DNA of 64,000 bases from an uncultured Candidatus Saccharibacteria bacterium. Its GTDB lineage: Bacteria > Patescibacteriota > Minisyncoccia > Phycocordibacterales > PALSA-1337. The notes beneath the pieces were generated by a model. The model did no database searches and was not told where the DNA came from. It saw only the letters and a list, made by a program, of their open reading frames with translations. Each line of letters starts with the position of its first letter. Positions within the stretch are counted from its first letter, which is position 1. The stretch covers positions 7,484 through 71,483 of the forward strand of contig CAYOTK010000005.1 in NCBI GenBank assembly GCA_964406895.1, in the 5' to 3' direction. Positions 40,401 to 48,924 of the stretch are shown one piece after another. The translations under genes and the position numbers were made by a program.

Positions 40401-42589
40401 CAGGCGCAGATTGTGGCACTTCTTCTGGTGCGGCATACGATTGGCTACAACAATCAAACACATTTTCTGTTAATTCTCTAACCCCAACTACAACAATACC
40501 AATATGGATCAAATCAACCGCCACATCAACATTTGCGGGTGGTATTGAGTCGTGGGACAAGATTGGAGCGCCGTATTTCAATGCTACGTCCTCGACGGCA
40601 ACTTCTACATTTAATGGAGGGTTGAGGGTTGGAACAGGCGTTAATGGTTTATTTGCGTTCCAGAATGGATTTGTTTCTGTTGGAACAAGTTCTACTAACG
40701 CTGTATTTTCTATTCATTCTAATACAAGCAGTCAAGCGCCTCTATTTATGATTGCTTCTTCAACAAACGGCGCCGCAACGACGACCGCCTTCTTTGTTGC
40801 TGCAAATGGTACGATTGGTGTCGGAACTGCTCCAGTAGCTGGCTTTCAAATGAATATTACAGGAGCTTCAAGAGCAGGACAGGTTTTCGCTACAAGTCAG
40901 ATGAGTTCTCCAAACTATCTTTTAACTAATCCAGGCACTGTAAATAGTTATGCCTCTATGAATGGCGGCATATATTCTACAACCAATGGCGGTATTTATC
41001 CTTTCAACAATACGATGAACCTTATTATTTCCCCTCAGACTGGTGGTGGCACACCGAGGGATATAGTATTTGCCGTTGGTTCGACAACTGTTTCTACGGT
41101 GGTTATACGAGGTTCATCATATAACGTGGGTATTGGTACGACATCTCCATATGCCAAACTTTCAGTTATTGGTTCTACTGCCGCCACAACTACATTCGCT
41201 GTCTATGGTTTCAATTCTCAAACAGCACCGCTTGTGTTGGTTGCTTCGACAACAGGATCAGCTACATCTACAGCATTTATTATCGATAATAATGGTCAGG
41301 CAGGTATCGGCACAAGTACACCATGGAGAACACTGTCTTTGACTGGCACAGCAGCAATGCCAGGACTTACAGTGGCAGGCGCTTCCGGCTCAGCTGTCTG
41401 TCTTGCTGCTGGCGGTGAATTGCAAGTCAATTCCGGAGCGCAAACATGTACAGTTTCTTCAGCCAAATTTAAGCATGATATAGAGTCACAGATATCCGGT
41501 CTAGATACAATAAGAGCCTTGAGACCGGTATCATTTAAATACAACAATGATTCTTCAGGATCTGAGAGATTGGGTTTGATAGCAGAAGAAGTAAACAAAG
41601 TAGATCCAAGATTGATATTTACGGGTAACGATAACGAACCACGAGGTGTACGTTATGAAGATTTGACTTCAGTTCTTACAAGAGCTGTTCAGGAACTAGA
41701 TACAAAGGTTGATGATAATGCTTCCACAACTCTTGATTTCATGAAGTCTTCGAAGTTAAGTGTAGATTCTTCTTTGAATAAATTTACAGAGTATGACAAT
41801 CAATTTACAGATATAACTAAACAAATATCAGAGATGAATATTAGGATTTCAGATATTGCTTCTAGCACCTCAACAATTGCAAGCACAACGATAGATGCAA
41901 TATCTCATGATCAATCATTCATAGAAGTTATAGCAAATAAGGTCAAAGAATATATCGCTTCAGCTGGTGAATGGGTTGTATCTAAGATTTCTTCGGTCCT
42001 CGCTGTATTCGATAGGGTAGAAACCAAGACCGCAGCAGTAAGCAATGGTATAGAAATGACAGATAGTTCAACCAAAGAAGTTTGGTGTGTGAGAATACAG
42101 AATGGCGATTGGAATAAATTGCGTGGTAAATGCGGTGATGTAACCAGTGAAATTAAACCAGAAGTAACACCAGTACTAAATAATATAAATATAATAAACA
42201 CTGAGACAGCAACAACTACAATTGTTACAAATCCAGATAATGCTTCTACAACACCTGTTTCATCTTCAACAAGTACAGACGAGACGACAAATCAAGTAAA
42301 TCAGATTAATACCAACGAATCCACAACAACACAAAATACCACACCTACAACCCAAAAAGATGAAAGTGCCTCATCAAACAAGACTGAGAATCAAGCTCCT
42401 GTAACAACCCCGCAACCAGTTGAAAATGTTACAACAGCAAAAACAGAAACAGTTACGACACCAGATCCATCTACAGCAAGTTCTGGAACTGTTTCTGGTG
42501 GTAGTAATACCGAGACGGTGAATAGTTCAGGTAGTACGTCCTCTTTGAGTGGTAGTGTTTCGTCTGATTCGGGATCAGTAAATCCATAA
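34415..42589 (+). CDS. Giant (2724 aa) membrane-anchored tail-fibre-like adhesin: N-terminal HTH, TM helix, GIGTTSP repeats, FG-GAP/VCBS repeats, peptidase S74 chaperone domain, coiled coil, Ser/Thr-rich tail
   Basis: 'FISSRRAAEMTKYTNDYVGQLCR..RFGRVWFID'; many GNVGIGT(T/S)(S/T)P repeats; about 6 DxNGDGxxDI repeats; 'SSAKFKHDI...LRPVSFKY...LGLIAEEV'. Confidence 0.85.
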   Translation: MKDTLIIDGKEFISSRRAAEMTKYTNDYVGQLCRQSKVVAKRFGRVWFIDRDSILQYKKNQDNLLGISNFDVRVDDAPILKTVEPDNSLLDTSHQSKLSDQNNKPQIKSQSDIVWDFKHFEDVSQIKDSNTKKELETALVNIKGRANRAIETFGKSLPTILVAILLSAGSVFSAYSFSYPDQVNDFIEKNRSRTSIIVSQYSAIKNQFNVNEGQTANIIDSSISDVKDFGVSAYIGFRDFIVSIFGTKIKTNNNQFVNTQIYTTPNTPPITTIINLSKKSSSQTSGITNQSFNYYDTGSYSYLNQKIDSLREDFNKSLWFEKEQNYRIVESVSKTSLNSSSNNQTQVTDLSQLTGTLGIGHGGTGVASLLSGLIYSDGTSALNSTTSPLVGSIFASSTIANNIFLGNVGVGTTSPLSKLDVYGDLILSGLSRYVNFGDVSGSSGYGIRDNGGIIEFKNTGGTWLGIGSGGGGGSDGNWSYFNGSGIRLATSSNTVLVGANSTTTSSKLEVIGSGYYSGNLGIGTTSPWRTLSVKGNSDLGNNALAGSFTATSTTASVFPYASSTAVTVSGNLYLNSYNGPLQANNGIVSATTSIGVVYGGTGVSTFGQGWIYSSGGTTALAASTSPTVNYLVSTSTTATSTFAGPISIIGSSGLNVLTNGHVGIGTSTPVGSLYVPDLVTQAIAFPSGANITYQSGYNAYTNFSSGIGIASVPFATVNIDTPNKVALSNISTIQSGELNVRSGGTFGTKTDYTTGTLPSGIYVSDINNDGKKDVITGNNGSDNISVFPGNGDGTLGSRTNYSTGTGSGPAFVTAADLNGDGFNDIVAADNASTTMSVFINKKDGTFLAHVDYISGTTPGGITINDFNGDGKSDIAVSNYGSNTISVFINNGDGTFASKVNYTVGSAPTYITSADVNGDGKIDIISPNFSSNTVSVLMNNGNGTFATKVDYVTAAGPQTSDVGDVNGDGKPDIVVGNYTGNSASVFLNNGNGTFAAKVDYTLGINPVDLHLADFSGDGKPDIAVVNYTDSTVSVLINNGDGTFASKVDYSTNTGPSAVAIGDLNRDGAPDIVVADTDINKVSVLLNQTSSLLYAQASTNRVAIGTSTPYSKFSVWGTGTGTNRLFDLVNSASTTIASFLENGTGYLLGNIGVGTTSPYSKLAITNSSASQPALSIYGFNSQTSPLMLVASTTGSATSTAFIIDNNGKVGVGTSSPYVQLSVAGIGAFDSLNINSNATSTFVGGIQAKALNIISTTASSTFGNGISLSNGCYAINGTCIGAGTIDGAGLANKLAFWSGASTISYNNNLSWLNSSSRFGIGTSTPNWDLQVASSSGATIALTDTSASANTKHWTLSSLGGNFYLSTSSDSLSASSNYMWFDTNNYGTYLGKDAGRFNSIVPDYAQYNTFVGYASGHGPSSWISDNNTGVGALSLYSATTGYDNTAIGYMALYNNVDGDQNIVIGSNTGTNIVNGSRNIIIGSNIDAPSDNGSLLNIGNIIYGNNIDGSLSTISSGNIGIGTTSPGARFSISGASGGSVPLFAISSSTAGFATSTSLIVDANGKVGIGTTTPYTQLSVAGNIAATGLTLSGITGSTQCLRVNASGIVSGTGADCGTSSGASYDWLQQTNTFGVNSLTPTTTIPIWIKSTATSTFAGGIESWDKIGAPYFNATSSTATSTFNGGLIAANVGNSYGLYALSSTGYVGIGTNSPFYPLSVITNADNLGLQIRRNSGSTNTTNEIGFRVASTEGSNLAGIRSTRVDAGAGHSLSFFTNPSGNTPTIRMTLASTGEVGVGSTTPWARLSVNGSNGGTTPLFVVASSTSAYATSTVFMIDQNGQVGIGSSSPMSVFGIVSPYKANVSFGNGTVTGYTGIDNVDSAIDLGTYSAHPVRLETSGVERLRVLSTGNIGVGTTSPWTNFAISGSAAQSTPIFAISTSTAGFATSTAFIIDSNGKVGIGTTTPYTQLSVAGNIAATGLTLSGITGSTQCLRVDASGIVSGTGADCGTSSGAAYDWLQQSNTFSVNSLTPTTTIPIWIKSTATSTFAGGIESWDKIGAPYFNATSSTATSTFNGGLRVGTGVNGLFAFQNGFVSVGTSSTNAVFSIHSNTSSQAPLFMIASSTNGAATTTAFFVAANGTIGVGTAPVAGFQMNITGASRAGQVFATSQMSSPNYLLTNPGTVNSYASMNGGIYSTTNGGIYPFNNTMNLIISPQTGGGTPRDIVFAVGSTTVSTVVIRGSSYNVGIGTTSPYAKLSVIGSTAATTTFAVYGFNSQTAPLVLVASTTGSATSTAFIIDNNGQAGIGTSTPWRTLSLTGTAAMPGLTVAGASGSAVCLAAGGELQVNSGAQTCTVSSAKFKHDIESQISGLDTIRALRPVSFKYNNDSSGSERLGLIAEEVNKVDPRLIFTGNDNEPRGVRYEDLTSVLTRAVQELDTKVDDNASTTLDFMKSSKLSVDSSLNKFTEYDNQFTDITKQISEMNIRISDIASSTSTIASTTIDAISHDQSFIEVIANKVKEYIASAGEWVVSKISSVLAVFDRVETKTAAVSNGIEMTDSSTKEVWCVRIQNGDWNKLRGKCGDVTSEIKPEVTPVLNNINIINTETATTTIVTNPDNASTTPVSSSTSTDETTNQVNQINTNESTTTQNTTPTTQKDESASSNKTENQAPVTTPQPVENVTTAKTETVTTPDPSTASSGTVSGGSNTETVNSSGSTSSLSGSVSSDSGSVNP
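39041..39450 (+). repeat. Intragenic ~410-bp direct repeat, copy 1
   Basis: Near-identical to 40211-40620 (offset 1170 bp, in frame). Confidence 0.9.
40211..40620 (+). repeat. Intragenic ~410-bp direct repeat, copy 2
   Basis: Both copies encode STAGFATST...GIGTTTPYTQLSVAGN...TATSTFNGG. Confidence 0.9.
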
Positions 42590-42629
42590 TTAGCATGATG
42601 AATTATCAATTTAATTGTAATGAAAGCAT

Positions 42630-45600
42630 ATGAAAAAGATACAGAATAAAAATTTTGCGATGGTTGTAGGAATTGCTGTTTTGTTATTTGCTTTTATTAC
42701 AATTAGTTTTTGGGGAGTGATTGTTTCTCCTCAGTATTATCCAAATACTGCACAAGTTGTTTCGAATCCGACAACACTTACACCAGAAGAAATACAGAAA
42801 CAATTAAGTGATCTAGAAAATCAGATAAATCAAACGAATCAAGAATTGAATAGTACCACTCAAGAGGTAAGTTCTCTCGAGTCCAATCAAAAACTGACCA
42901 ATCAACCAGACGGCACCAATATTATTCACATAACAACTTATGGATCAGATTCTGGTGATGGGAGTTCTGCGTCGCCGATGGCTTCTATTGATAAAGCCAT
43001 TGCAAAATTAGATTCCGCAGGTATTCATGACGGAAGAATTATTGTTCATAATGGCACATACGTTCTCAAGAATTCTATAGAAATAAAACCCGCATCAGAT
43101 AATTCTAGGACCTTAACAATAGAAGCTGGTCAGGGTGAGGCTCCAGTACTTGACGGTTCGCAGGTTATTACAGCTCAGCCTTTGAGTGGTCAGGCAGGAA
43201 TTTATCTTATTTCGATTTCATATTCTGGCACGAATATGCCACAAATCTGGCATCAAAATCAAAGAATTAGATATGTGCCGGTTCAGAGTTTCGATGTCTT
43301 GAAAAGTACTGATTATGGCGCTTATCCGTATTCAGCGAATACAATCGCTATTCACCCAAAAGGCGGTGTTCTGTCAGATGGTTCTGATTTGAGAGGATCG
43401 GTTTTGGATTACGGTTTTATCATTACAAGAAGTAATGTTAAAGTCGACAAGATATCTTTTACTGGTTTTGCGAAAACTAGTTATTCTGCAGGAATTGTTG
43501 TCGGAGCAAATAACTATAGTCCCGCAGTAGATAATATTAATTTGTTAAATGTAATTGTCAGTAATTCTTATTCTGGAATATCGACTCTGAAAGGTACTAG
43601 TGTTAGAAAAGTAAATATAAATAATTGTGACATAAGAGATGTTGCCACAGGAATTAATGCGCACGGAGGAGATGTATCTATCACGTATTGTAAAATAATA
43701 AATGATGCCAGAGCCTCAAATCTATTTGCTTTCAAGCAGGTTGATGTTTATATGGGTGAGGCAGGAATAAACGTTCGAGATAGTTACAGTACGGCGGGGT
43801 GTGAATATAAATATAATGTTATTAAAGGTTTCAAATATGGCATAGCTTTACAGGCCACTGAAAATCAAACTAATGGTGGTGGATATGCAAAATATAGTAT
43901 AGAACATAATACGATTGTGCTTGCTCCGGACGACGTTATAAGTACCGGAAGTTCTATGGGAATTCAATTTTCAAGATATGTCGGAACATCTTGTGCAAAT
44001 TGTGGTCCTGATAAAGCTCAATTCAGATACAACATTGTTGATGGATTCACATATCCATGGAATGTAAACAAGAGTGGATCTGCATCTCAAACTCAAGCAA
44101 ACATCGATCAAAATGTTTTTTGGAATAGTTCCGCGAACAAATCAACCTATGAAAAAGATTTCAAAGATATTCCTTCTGACAAGGGCTCAGGAACAAATAT
44201 AGTTGGGGATCCAATGTTTGTTAATAAAAATTCTCAAGATTTCCGTGTCTTTTCTGGCGGTTCAGCCTTGAGCATCGTCGCATCCGCTGTGCCAGCAGGA
44301 GCGTTATCATCAGTGCCTGGTGGAGGAAATATAGAGCCGAATTTTAGTTTGGACATCCCGGTTATCGCTAATGTTCAAAATAAAGTTGGTAACTCATATG
44401 AAGTAATTGGTTCAACATTCAAGTTCAACATAACCGCATATGATCCAACTTCTGTAAAAAACACGAAAATTTCAATATCGTCTCCCAGCACAGAGACTGT
44501 AAATATTACTCATTCGTATGTCAATCAAGAAACAATTACATTACCAGACAGCTTGGTAACTTATACAATTACGATAGTTATAGATAATGGTACAAAGACT
44601 TCATCTCCTCAAACAATCACAGTTACAAAGAAATCCTCGACAGTATCTTATTCCGATAATTATGTGAGAACATCAAAATATGGTTTTGTGGTTTTTGCCA
44701 AAAATAGTCAAGATGCAGATCAATACATTTCTTATAGAAAAAAAGGTGACACCAATTGGACAAAGGGTTTTGATGATAGCCAATATTCTGGAGCTATATA
44801 TAGTGATGCAAGAAATTCTGGTTTGCAACCACTTATAGTTACAGGCGTTGAGCCAAATACAGACTATGAATACATGATTACAACCAAACAAGGAAATGAA
44901 TCGTCTTCTGTTTATACCGTCAACACTTCAGGAGAACCAAAGACTTATTATGTTTCCACGAATGGTGAAGATTCATTTGATCGTGGTCTTGGTGCATCGA
45001 ATGCTTTCAAGACTTTACAATATGCTGTAGATTTATCGTTACCTGGAGATACAATAAATATTTTAGCTGGAGTATATTCTGGCACAACAATAATGGTTCA
45101 TAGTGGAACTGTGAGCAATCATATTAGAATAACTGGTAATCCTGCAGGCGGAACAATTCTTGGTGGACAAAATACAGCCTTGTCAGCACTTTCTCTAGAA
45201 AAAGTTTCTTATGTGGACATTTCGAATTTGTCTATACAAGGAGTAGCCACTGCAGGAATTTCCTGTAATAAATGTTCAAATGTAAGTATTACAAATTCAT
45301 TCTTTGCCAATCAATATATAGGCTCGAGTCTAAACAAGACTGATGTGGCAATAATTCTGAGAGATAGTTCTGATATTGATATAAATCATAATGTTATCAG
45401 GAATTGGTGGTGGGGAGTTCAGGTTACAAATTCTCCAAGAACAAAAATAGTAAATAACACAATAGTTTCTACGGTTGATGGTTGTATCATTCTTGGTACA
45501 GGTTCTGTTGATTCGGAAATTTCATATAACAGTTTGAATTTCCCTATAAATACAACAATGATTGTATATGCATCACCACAAGATCGTTCAAGAATTAAAA

Positions 45601-48600
45601 TTGATTATAACAATTTGGCCTCGAATATAATGTCGACTTATAGGGGTGACCCTGATACGAATACTGATTATAAGAGCAATTATTCATATTTTAAGAGTTC
45701 ACGAGAATTAAGTTGGTATTATGATTCAGCGCAAAATGGCAAAGTATATACCTCTTTCTCGAAATGGAAGAATGATACGGGCTGGGATACCAATAGTATA
45801 GTTGCTGATCCGATGTGGGTAGATCCATTGAAAGATGATTTTCATGTTAAGACCGGAAGTCCAAACTTGCTTTCAAATGGAAAATATATCGGCGCAATGG
45901 GTCCGGGAAATAATACTCCCGAAATAATTATTGAAAATAATTCCGATACAATATATGTTTCAAATTCAGGTTCAGATACTTCAGGAGATGGTAGTTCGGA
46001 TAAACCATACAAAACTATTCAAAAGGCATTAGATAATGCCGAAGCGGGAAAGACAGTATTCATAAAGGCGGGAACATATGATGGCAGAAGATTAATTTTT
46101 AAGAATTCTGGTGTTTCAGGAAAACCAATTGTTATAGAAGGGGAGAAATCATCATCGGGAGAGAGATTGGTTACTTTGGATGGTGGAGAATCTATGACTG
46201 GTTGGGAAAATGCGCCAGAAATAGGTGATGGTGTATATAAGGTTGCAAATAAAGTTTCTCCTGTAAGTAATCTTATAAATAACTTACCATATTCTGTTGT
46301 GGTTGACGGGAAATATGCTGATCCTTTGAGAAGTAATAGTTATATGGACATAAGTACAGAATGGAAGAAATACATGAATATGGATATAAATGCCGAGGTT
46401 ACTACAGACAATCCCGAGCACGCTCAGTCTAATCAAGCCTTACTTGGAAAGGTTAGGTTTTGGGATGTAACCAAAGCGATATTCTATGCCACAAAAGATT
46501 ACACATATATAAGGCTTGCAGACAAATCAAATCCAAATAATCACACTATTAGGGGCTCGTTCTATATTCCTGGATATTGGTCTTATGATACTTTCGTTAT
46601 TCAAGACAAAAGCTACATAACAATTCGAGATATAAACTTTAGAACTTATACAAACGGTATTAGTATGAGAGGTGCGGGTTCACATCATATAAATATTACA
46701 AATAACAATATTCAGGCCTCAAAAATCGCTATCGAAATTCAGTCGGGGGCACATGATATTGATGTCTCAAATAATGAAATACCTTTTGCTCATTTCGGAA
46801 CTTCATTCGGAGCATGGATTGGCTCAGAATATACAACAGGTAATTTGAGATATTCATTGGATTTGAAACAAGCTATATATCAGTGGTATCACCATTGGAT
46901 ATTCAACGGTACAGGATTCACAGGTATCAGTGCTTCGGCTGACGCGGGTGATAATATCGATATTTATAATAACAAGCTATCACAGGGATTCATTGCTATT
47001 GATGTAACAACAATCAATCGACGAATAAATAATGTTGAGGTTTACGGTAATACAATATCTGGTTTTTCAAGTGGAGCAATTTACGCAAGAGGTGCGATAA
47101 TAAATCTACAGATTCATAACAACGTTATGAGCGATGTGAATTATGCCGTAAGAAACCATGAACTCAATATATCAGACCCAAGAAAGGTTTATATATACAA
47201 CAATTGGGTCATAAATCCTGAACATGTTGGTATGGGAATATTCTTCCATTATTTCTCAGGTCATCCAATTCCAGCAAATCCTCCCGAAATATATATTTAT
47301 CATAACAATCTTATTGGTGGCAGGAATGGATTCAATTTTGATGCATATGTAGGTGAATATAATGGCGCTAAGGGTGTGTATGTGCTCAATAATATAGTTT
47401 CGAGTGGTGATTATGACTTGTCGGGTGCCAATACTCCAGAAAAAGATTTCTTCGGGATTTTTGATTATAACTGGTTTGATAATATGCCTGAAGTATATAC
47501 AAAACGAAATTGGTTTGGTGCAAATAATTTGAAAAAATCTAATGGCGAATCTAAGATTATGACTGGAAATACACCCACAACATTTAGATTGCCGTCCAAT
47601 ATCAAGGCATATCAAGCAGGAATTGATCTTTCGAAAACTCAAAATATAAATGGCAAGACAATTGGTCCATTACCAGGAATGTCTGGTTGTTCGAATTCAA
47701 AACCAGACATGGGAGTTATTGGTTCCTGTAATGGCGGTGGCGTGATAATTATTCCTGTAAATAATATCTCTGCATATGATGGTAGATATACTATAAAGAA
47801 AGGAGAAGTTTTGAACGGTTCAATGTCTATCAATAGAGCAATTAATTCGGGAATAAAATTCTTGATAACAACGCAATCGTTCAGAGGTATTGTTGCTGTT
47901 AGAGATAATGGAACATTCACATATACACCAGAATCAAACTTTGTAGGAACTGATTATTTTAACTTTAAAGTTAATGATGGTGTTTCTGATTCTAATATCG
48001 CAACAATAAGAATTACTGTCGAGAATAATGACAATACGAACACGGGTGGAGGCGGAGGTAACACTGGTGGTAATGGAACATCCGGTGGTAACACAACAGG
48101 TGGAGGAAATAATAATGGAAATAATAGCAATTCAAATAATAATAAAATTGTGGTGCCGAAGACTGGAGATGATGTCAAAAACAAGGTTACTGAAGTCGTT
48201 AAGACTGTTGTGCCGGTCAAGACTCCTATAGCACCAAAGAATGTTGTATATCAAAATGAAAATCGCAAAACAGAGACTGTAGTTAATTCAACTGCAAAAA
48301 TTAAATCGACTCTTTCAATCGGTTCCAAGGGGGAAGAAGTAAAGGTTTTGCAGAGAGTACTTTCAAGAGAAAATCTATTGCCAGCAACTTTGAATACAGG
48401 TTATTATGGCACGCTCACGGAAGTTGCTGTGCAGAGATTGCAAAAGAAATACAATATTGTTACTACCGGTTCACCAAATACAACAGGCTTCGGTGTTGTG
48501 GGTAAAAAAACTCAGGATTTGGTAAATAAATTGAATTCCAAAATACCTACTCCGAGTTCAACTAGTGAACCACTTCTATTGCCTACAGGTGGATCTTCAT

Positions 48601-48875
48601 CAAGCAACACCACATCTTCTTCAGGTTCTGTGACAAGTAATTTGAAATTTGGTTCTAGGGGTGAAGAAGTAAAGATTCTCCAACAAGCTCTGGTGAAAGA
48701 GAAGTTGTTAGCACCAAATCTTACAACAGGATATTACGGAACTCTCACTCAGTCTGCAGTGCAGAAATTGCAGACAAAGTACAATGTTATTTCTTCAGGC
48801 AATCCTCAAACCACCGGATATGGCTCAGTAGGGCCAAAAACAAAAGATATAATAAACACAATATTGAAGAAGTGA
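42630..48875 (+). CDS. Giant (2081 aa) surface protein: TM anchor, coiled coil, three right-handed beta-helix (DUF1565/pectate lyase-like) modules, FN3/Ig-like domains, two peptidoglycan-binding domains
   Basis: Three '(Y/H)(V/I)(S/T)xxGxD...P/A(F/Y/M)xT/SI/L' module starts; 'GTFTYTPESNFVGTDYFNFKVNDG' (Big_9-like); two 'GSxGEEVKxLQ...TGYYGTLTxxAVQxLQ...GxVGxKT'. Confidence 0.85.
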   Translation: MKKIQNKNFAMVVGIAVLLFAFITISFWGVIVSPQYYPNTAQVVSNPTTLTPEEIQKQLSDLENQINQTNQELNSTTQEVSSLESNQKLTNQPDGTNIIHITTYGSDSGDGSSASPMASIDKAIAKLDSAGIHDGRIIVHNGTYVLKNSIEIKPASDNSRTLTIEAGQGEAPVLDGSQVITAQPLSGQAGIYLISISYSGTNMPQIWHQNQRIRYVPVQSFDVLKSTDYGAYPYSANTIAIHPKGGVLSDGSDLRGSVLDYGFIITRSNVKVDKISFTGFAKTSYSAGIVVGANNYSPAVDNINLLNVIVSNSYSGISTLKGTSVRKVNINNCDIRDVATGINAHGGDVSITYCKIINDARASNLFAFKQVDVYMGEAGINVRDSYSTAGCEYKYNVIKGFKYGIALQATENQTNGGGYAKYSIEHNTIVLAPDDVISTGSSMGIQFSRYVGTSCANCGPDKAQFRYNIVDGFTYPWNVNKSGSASQTQANIDQNVFWNSSANKSTYEKDFKDIPSDKGSGTNIVGDPMFVNKNSQDFRVFSGGSALSIVASAVPAGALSSVPGGGNIEPNFSLDIPVIANVQNKVGNSYEVIGSTFKFNITAYDPTSVKNTKISISSPSTETVNITHSYVNQETITLPDSLVTYTITIVIDNGTKTSSPQTITVTKKSSTVSYSDNYVRTSKYGFVVFAKNSQDADQYISYRKKGDTNWTKGFDDSQYSGAIYSDARNSGLQPLIVTGVEPNTDYEYMITTKQGNESSSVYTVNTSGEPKTYYVSTNGEDSFDRGLGASNAFKTLQYAVDLSLPGDTINILAGVYSGTTIMVHSGTVSNHIRITGNPAGGTILGGQNTALSALSLEKVSYVDISNLSIQGVATAGISCNKCSNVSITNSFFANQYIGSSLNKTDVAIILRDSSDIDINHNVIRNWWWGVQVTNSPRTKIVNNTIVSTVDGCIILGTGSVDSEISYNSLNFPINTTMIVYASPQDRSRIKIDYNNLASNIMSTYRGDPDTNTDYKSNYSYFKSSRELSWYYDSAQNGKVYTSFSKWKNDTGWDTNSIVADPMWVDPLKDDFHVKTGSPNLLSNGKYIGAMGPGNNTPEIIIENNSDTIYVSNSGSDTSGDGSSDKPYKTIQKALDNAEAGKTVFIKAGTYDGRRLIFKNSGVSGKPIVIEGEKSSSGERLVTLDGGESMTGWENAPEIGDGVYKVANKVSPVSNLINNLPYSVVVDGKYADPLRSNSYMDISTEWKKYMNMDINAEVTTDNPEHAQSNQALLGKVRFWDVTKAIFYATKDYTYIRLADKSNPNNHTIRGSFYIPGYWSYDTFVIQDKSYITIRDINFRTYTNGISMRGAGSHHINITNNNIQASKIAIEIQSGAHDIDVSNNEIPFAHFGTSFGAWIGSEYTTGNLRYSLDLKQAIYQWYHHWIFNGTGFTGISASADAGDNIDIYNNKLSQGFIAIDVTTINRRINNVEVYGNTISGFSSGAIYARGAIINLQIHNNVMSDVNYAVRNHELNISDPRKVYIYNNWVINPEHVGMGIFFHYFSGHPIPANPPEIYIYHNNLIGGRNGFNFDAYVGEYNGAKGVYVLNNIVSSGDYDLSGANTPEKDFFGIFDYNWFDNMPEVYTKRNWFGANNLKKSNGESKIMTGNTPTTFRLPSNIKAYQAGIDLSKTQNINGKTIGPLPGMSGCSNSKPDMGVIGSCNGGGVIIIPVNNISAYDGRYTIKKGEVLNGSMSINRAINSGIKFLITTQSFRGIVAVRDNGTFTYTPESNFVGTDYFNFKVNDGVSDSNIATIRITVENNDNTNTGGGGGNTGGNGTSGGNTTGGGNNNGNNSNSNNNKIVVPKTGDDVKNKVTEVVKTVVPVKTPIAPKNVVYQNENRKTETVVNSTAKIKSTLSIGSKGEEVKVLQRVLSRENLLPATLNTGYYGTLTEVAVQRLQKKYNIVTTGSPNTTGFGVVGKKTQDLVNKLNSKIPTPSSTSEPLLLPTGGSSSSNTTSSSGSVTSNLKFGSRGEEVKILQQALVKEKLLAPNLTTGYYGTLTQSAVQKLQTKYNVISSGNPQTTGYGSVGPKTKDIINTILKK

Positions 48876-48924
48876 TATAGATTGAATTTGATTGATTTTA
48901 TTATCATAATGTGTTAGTATATGG

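Noticed and set aside
39041-40620. 410-bp repeat pair as a DGR TR/VR pair
   Set aside because: Differences are not adenine-specific (C/T, G/C, T/G, mostly synonymous) and both copies are in frame mid-gene; this is an ordinary duplication
34415-42589. Prophage, suggested by the S74 tail-fibre domain and excisionase-like HTHs
   Set aside because: No integrase, terminase, capsid or portal genes; flanked by housekeeping and surface genes
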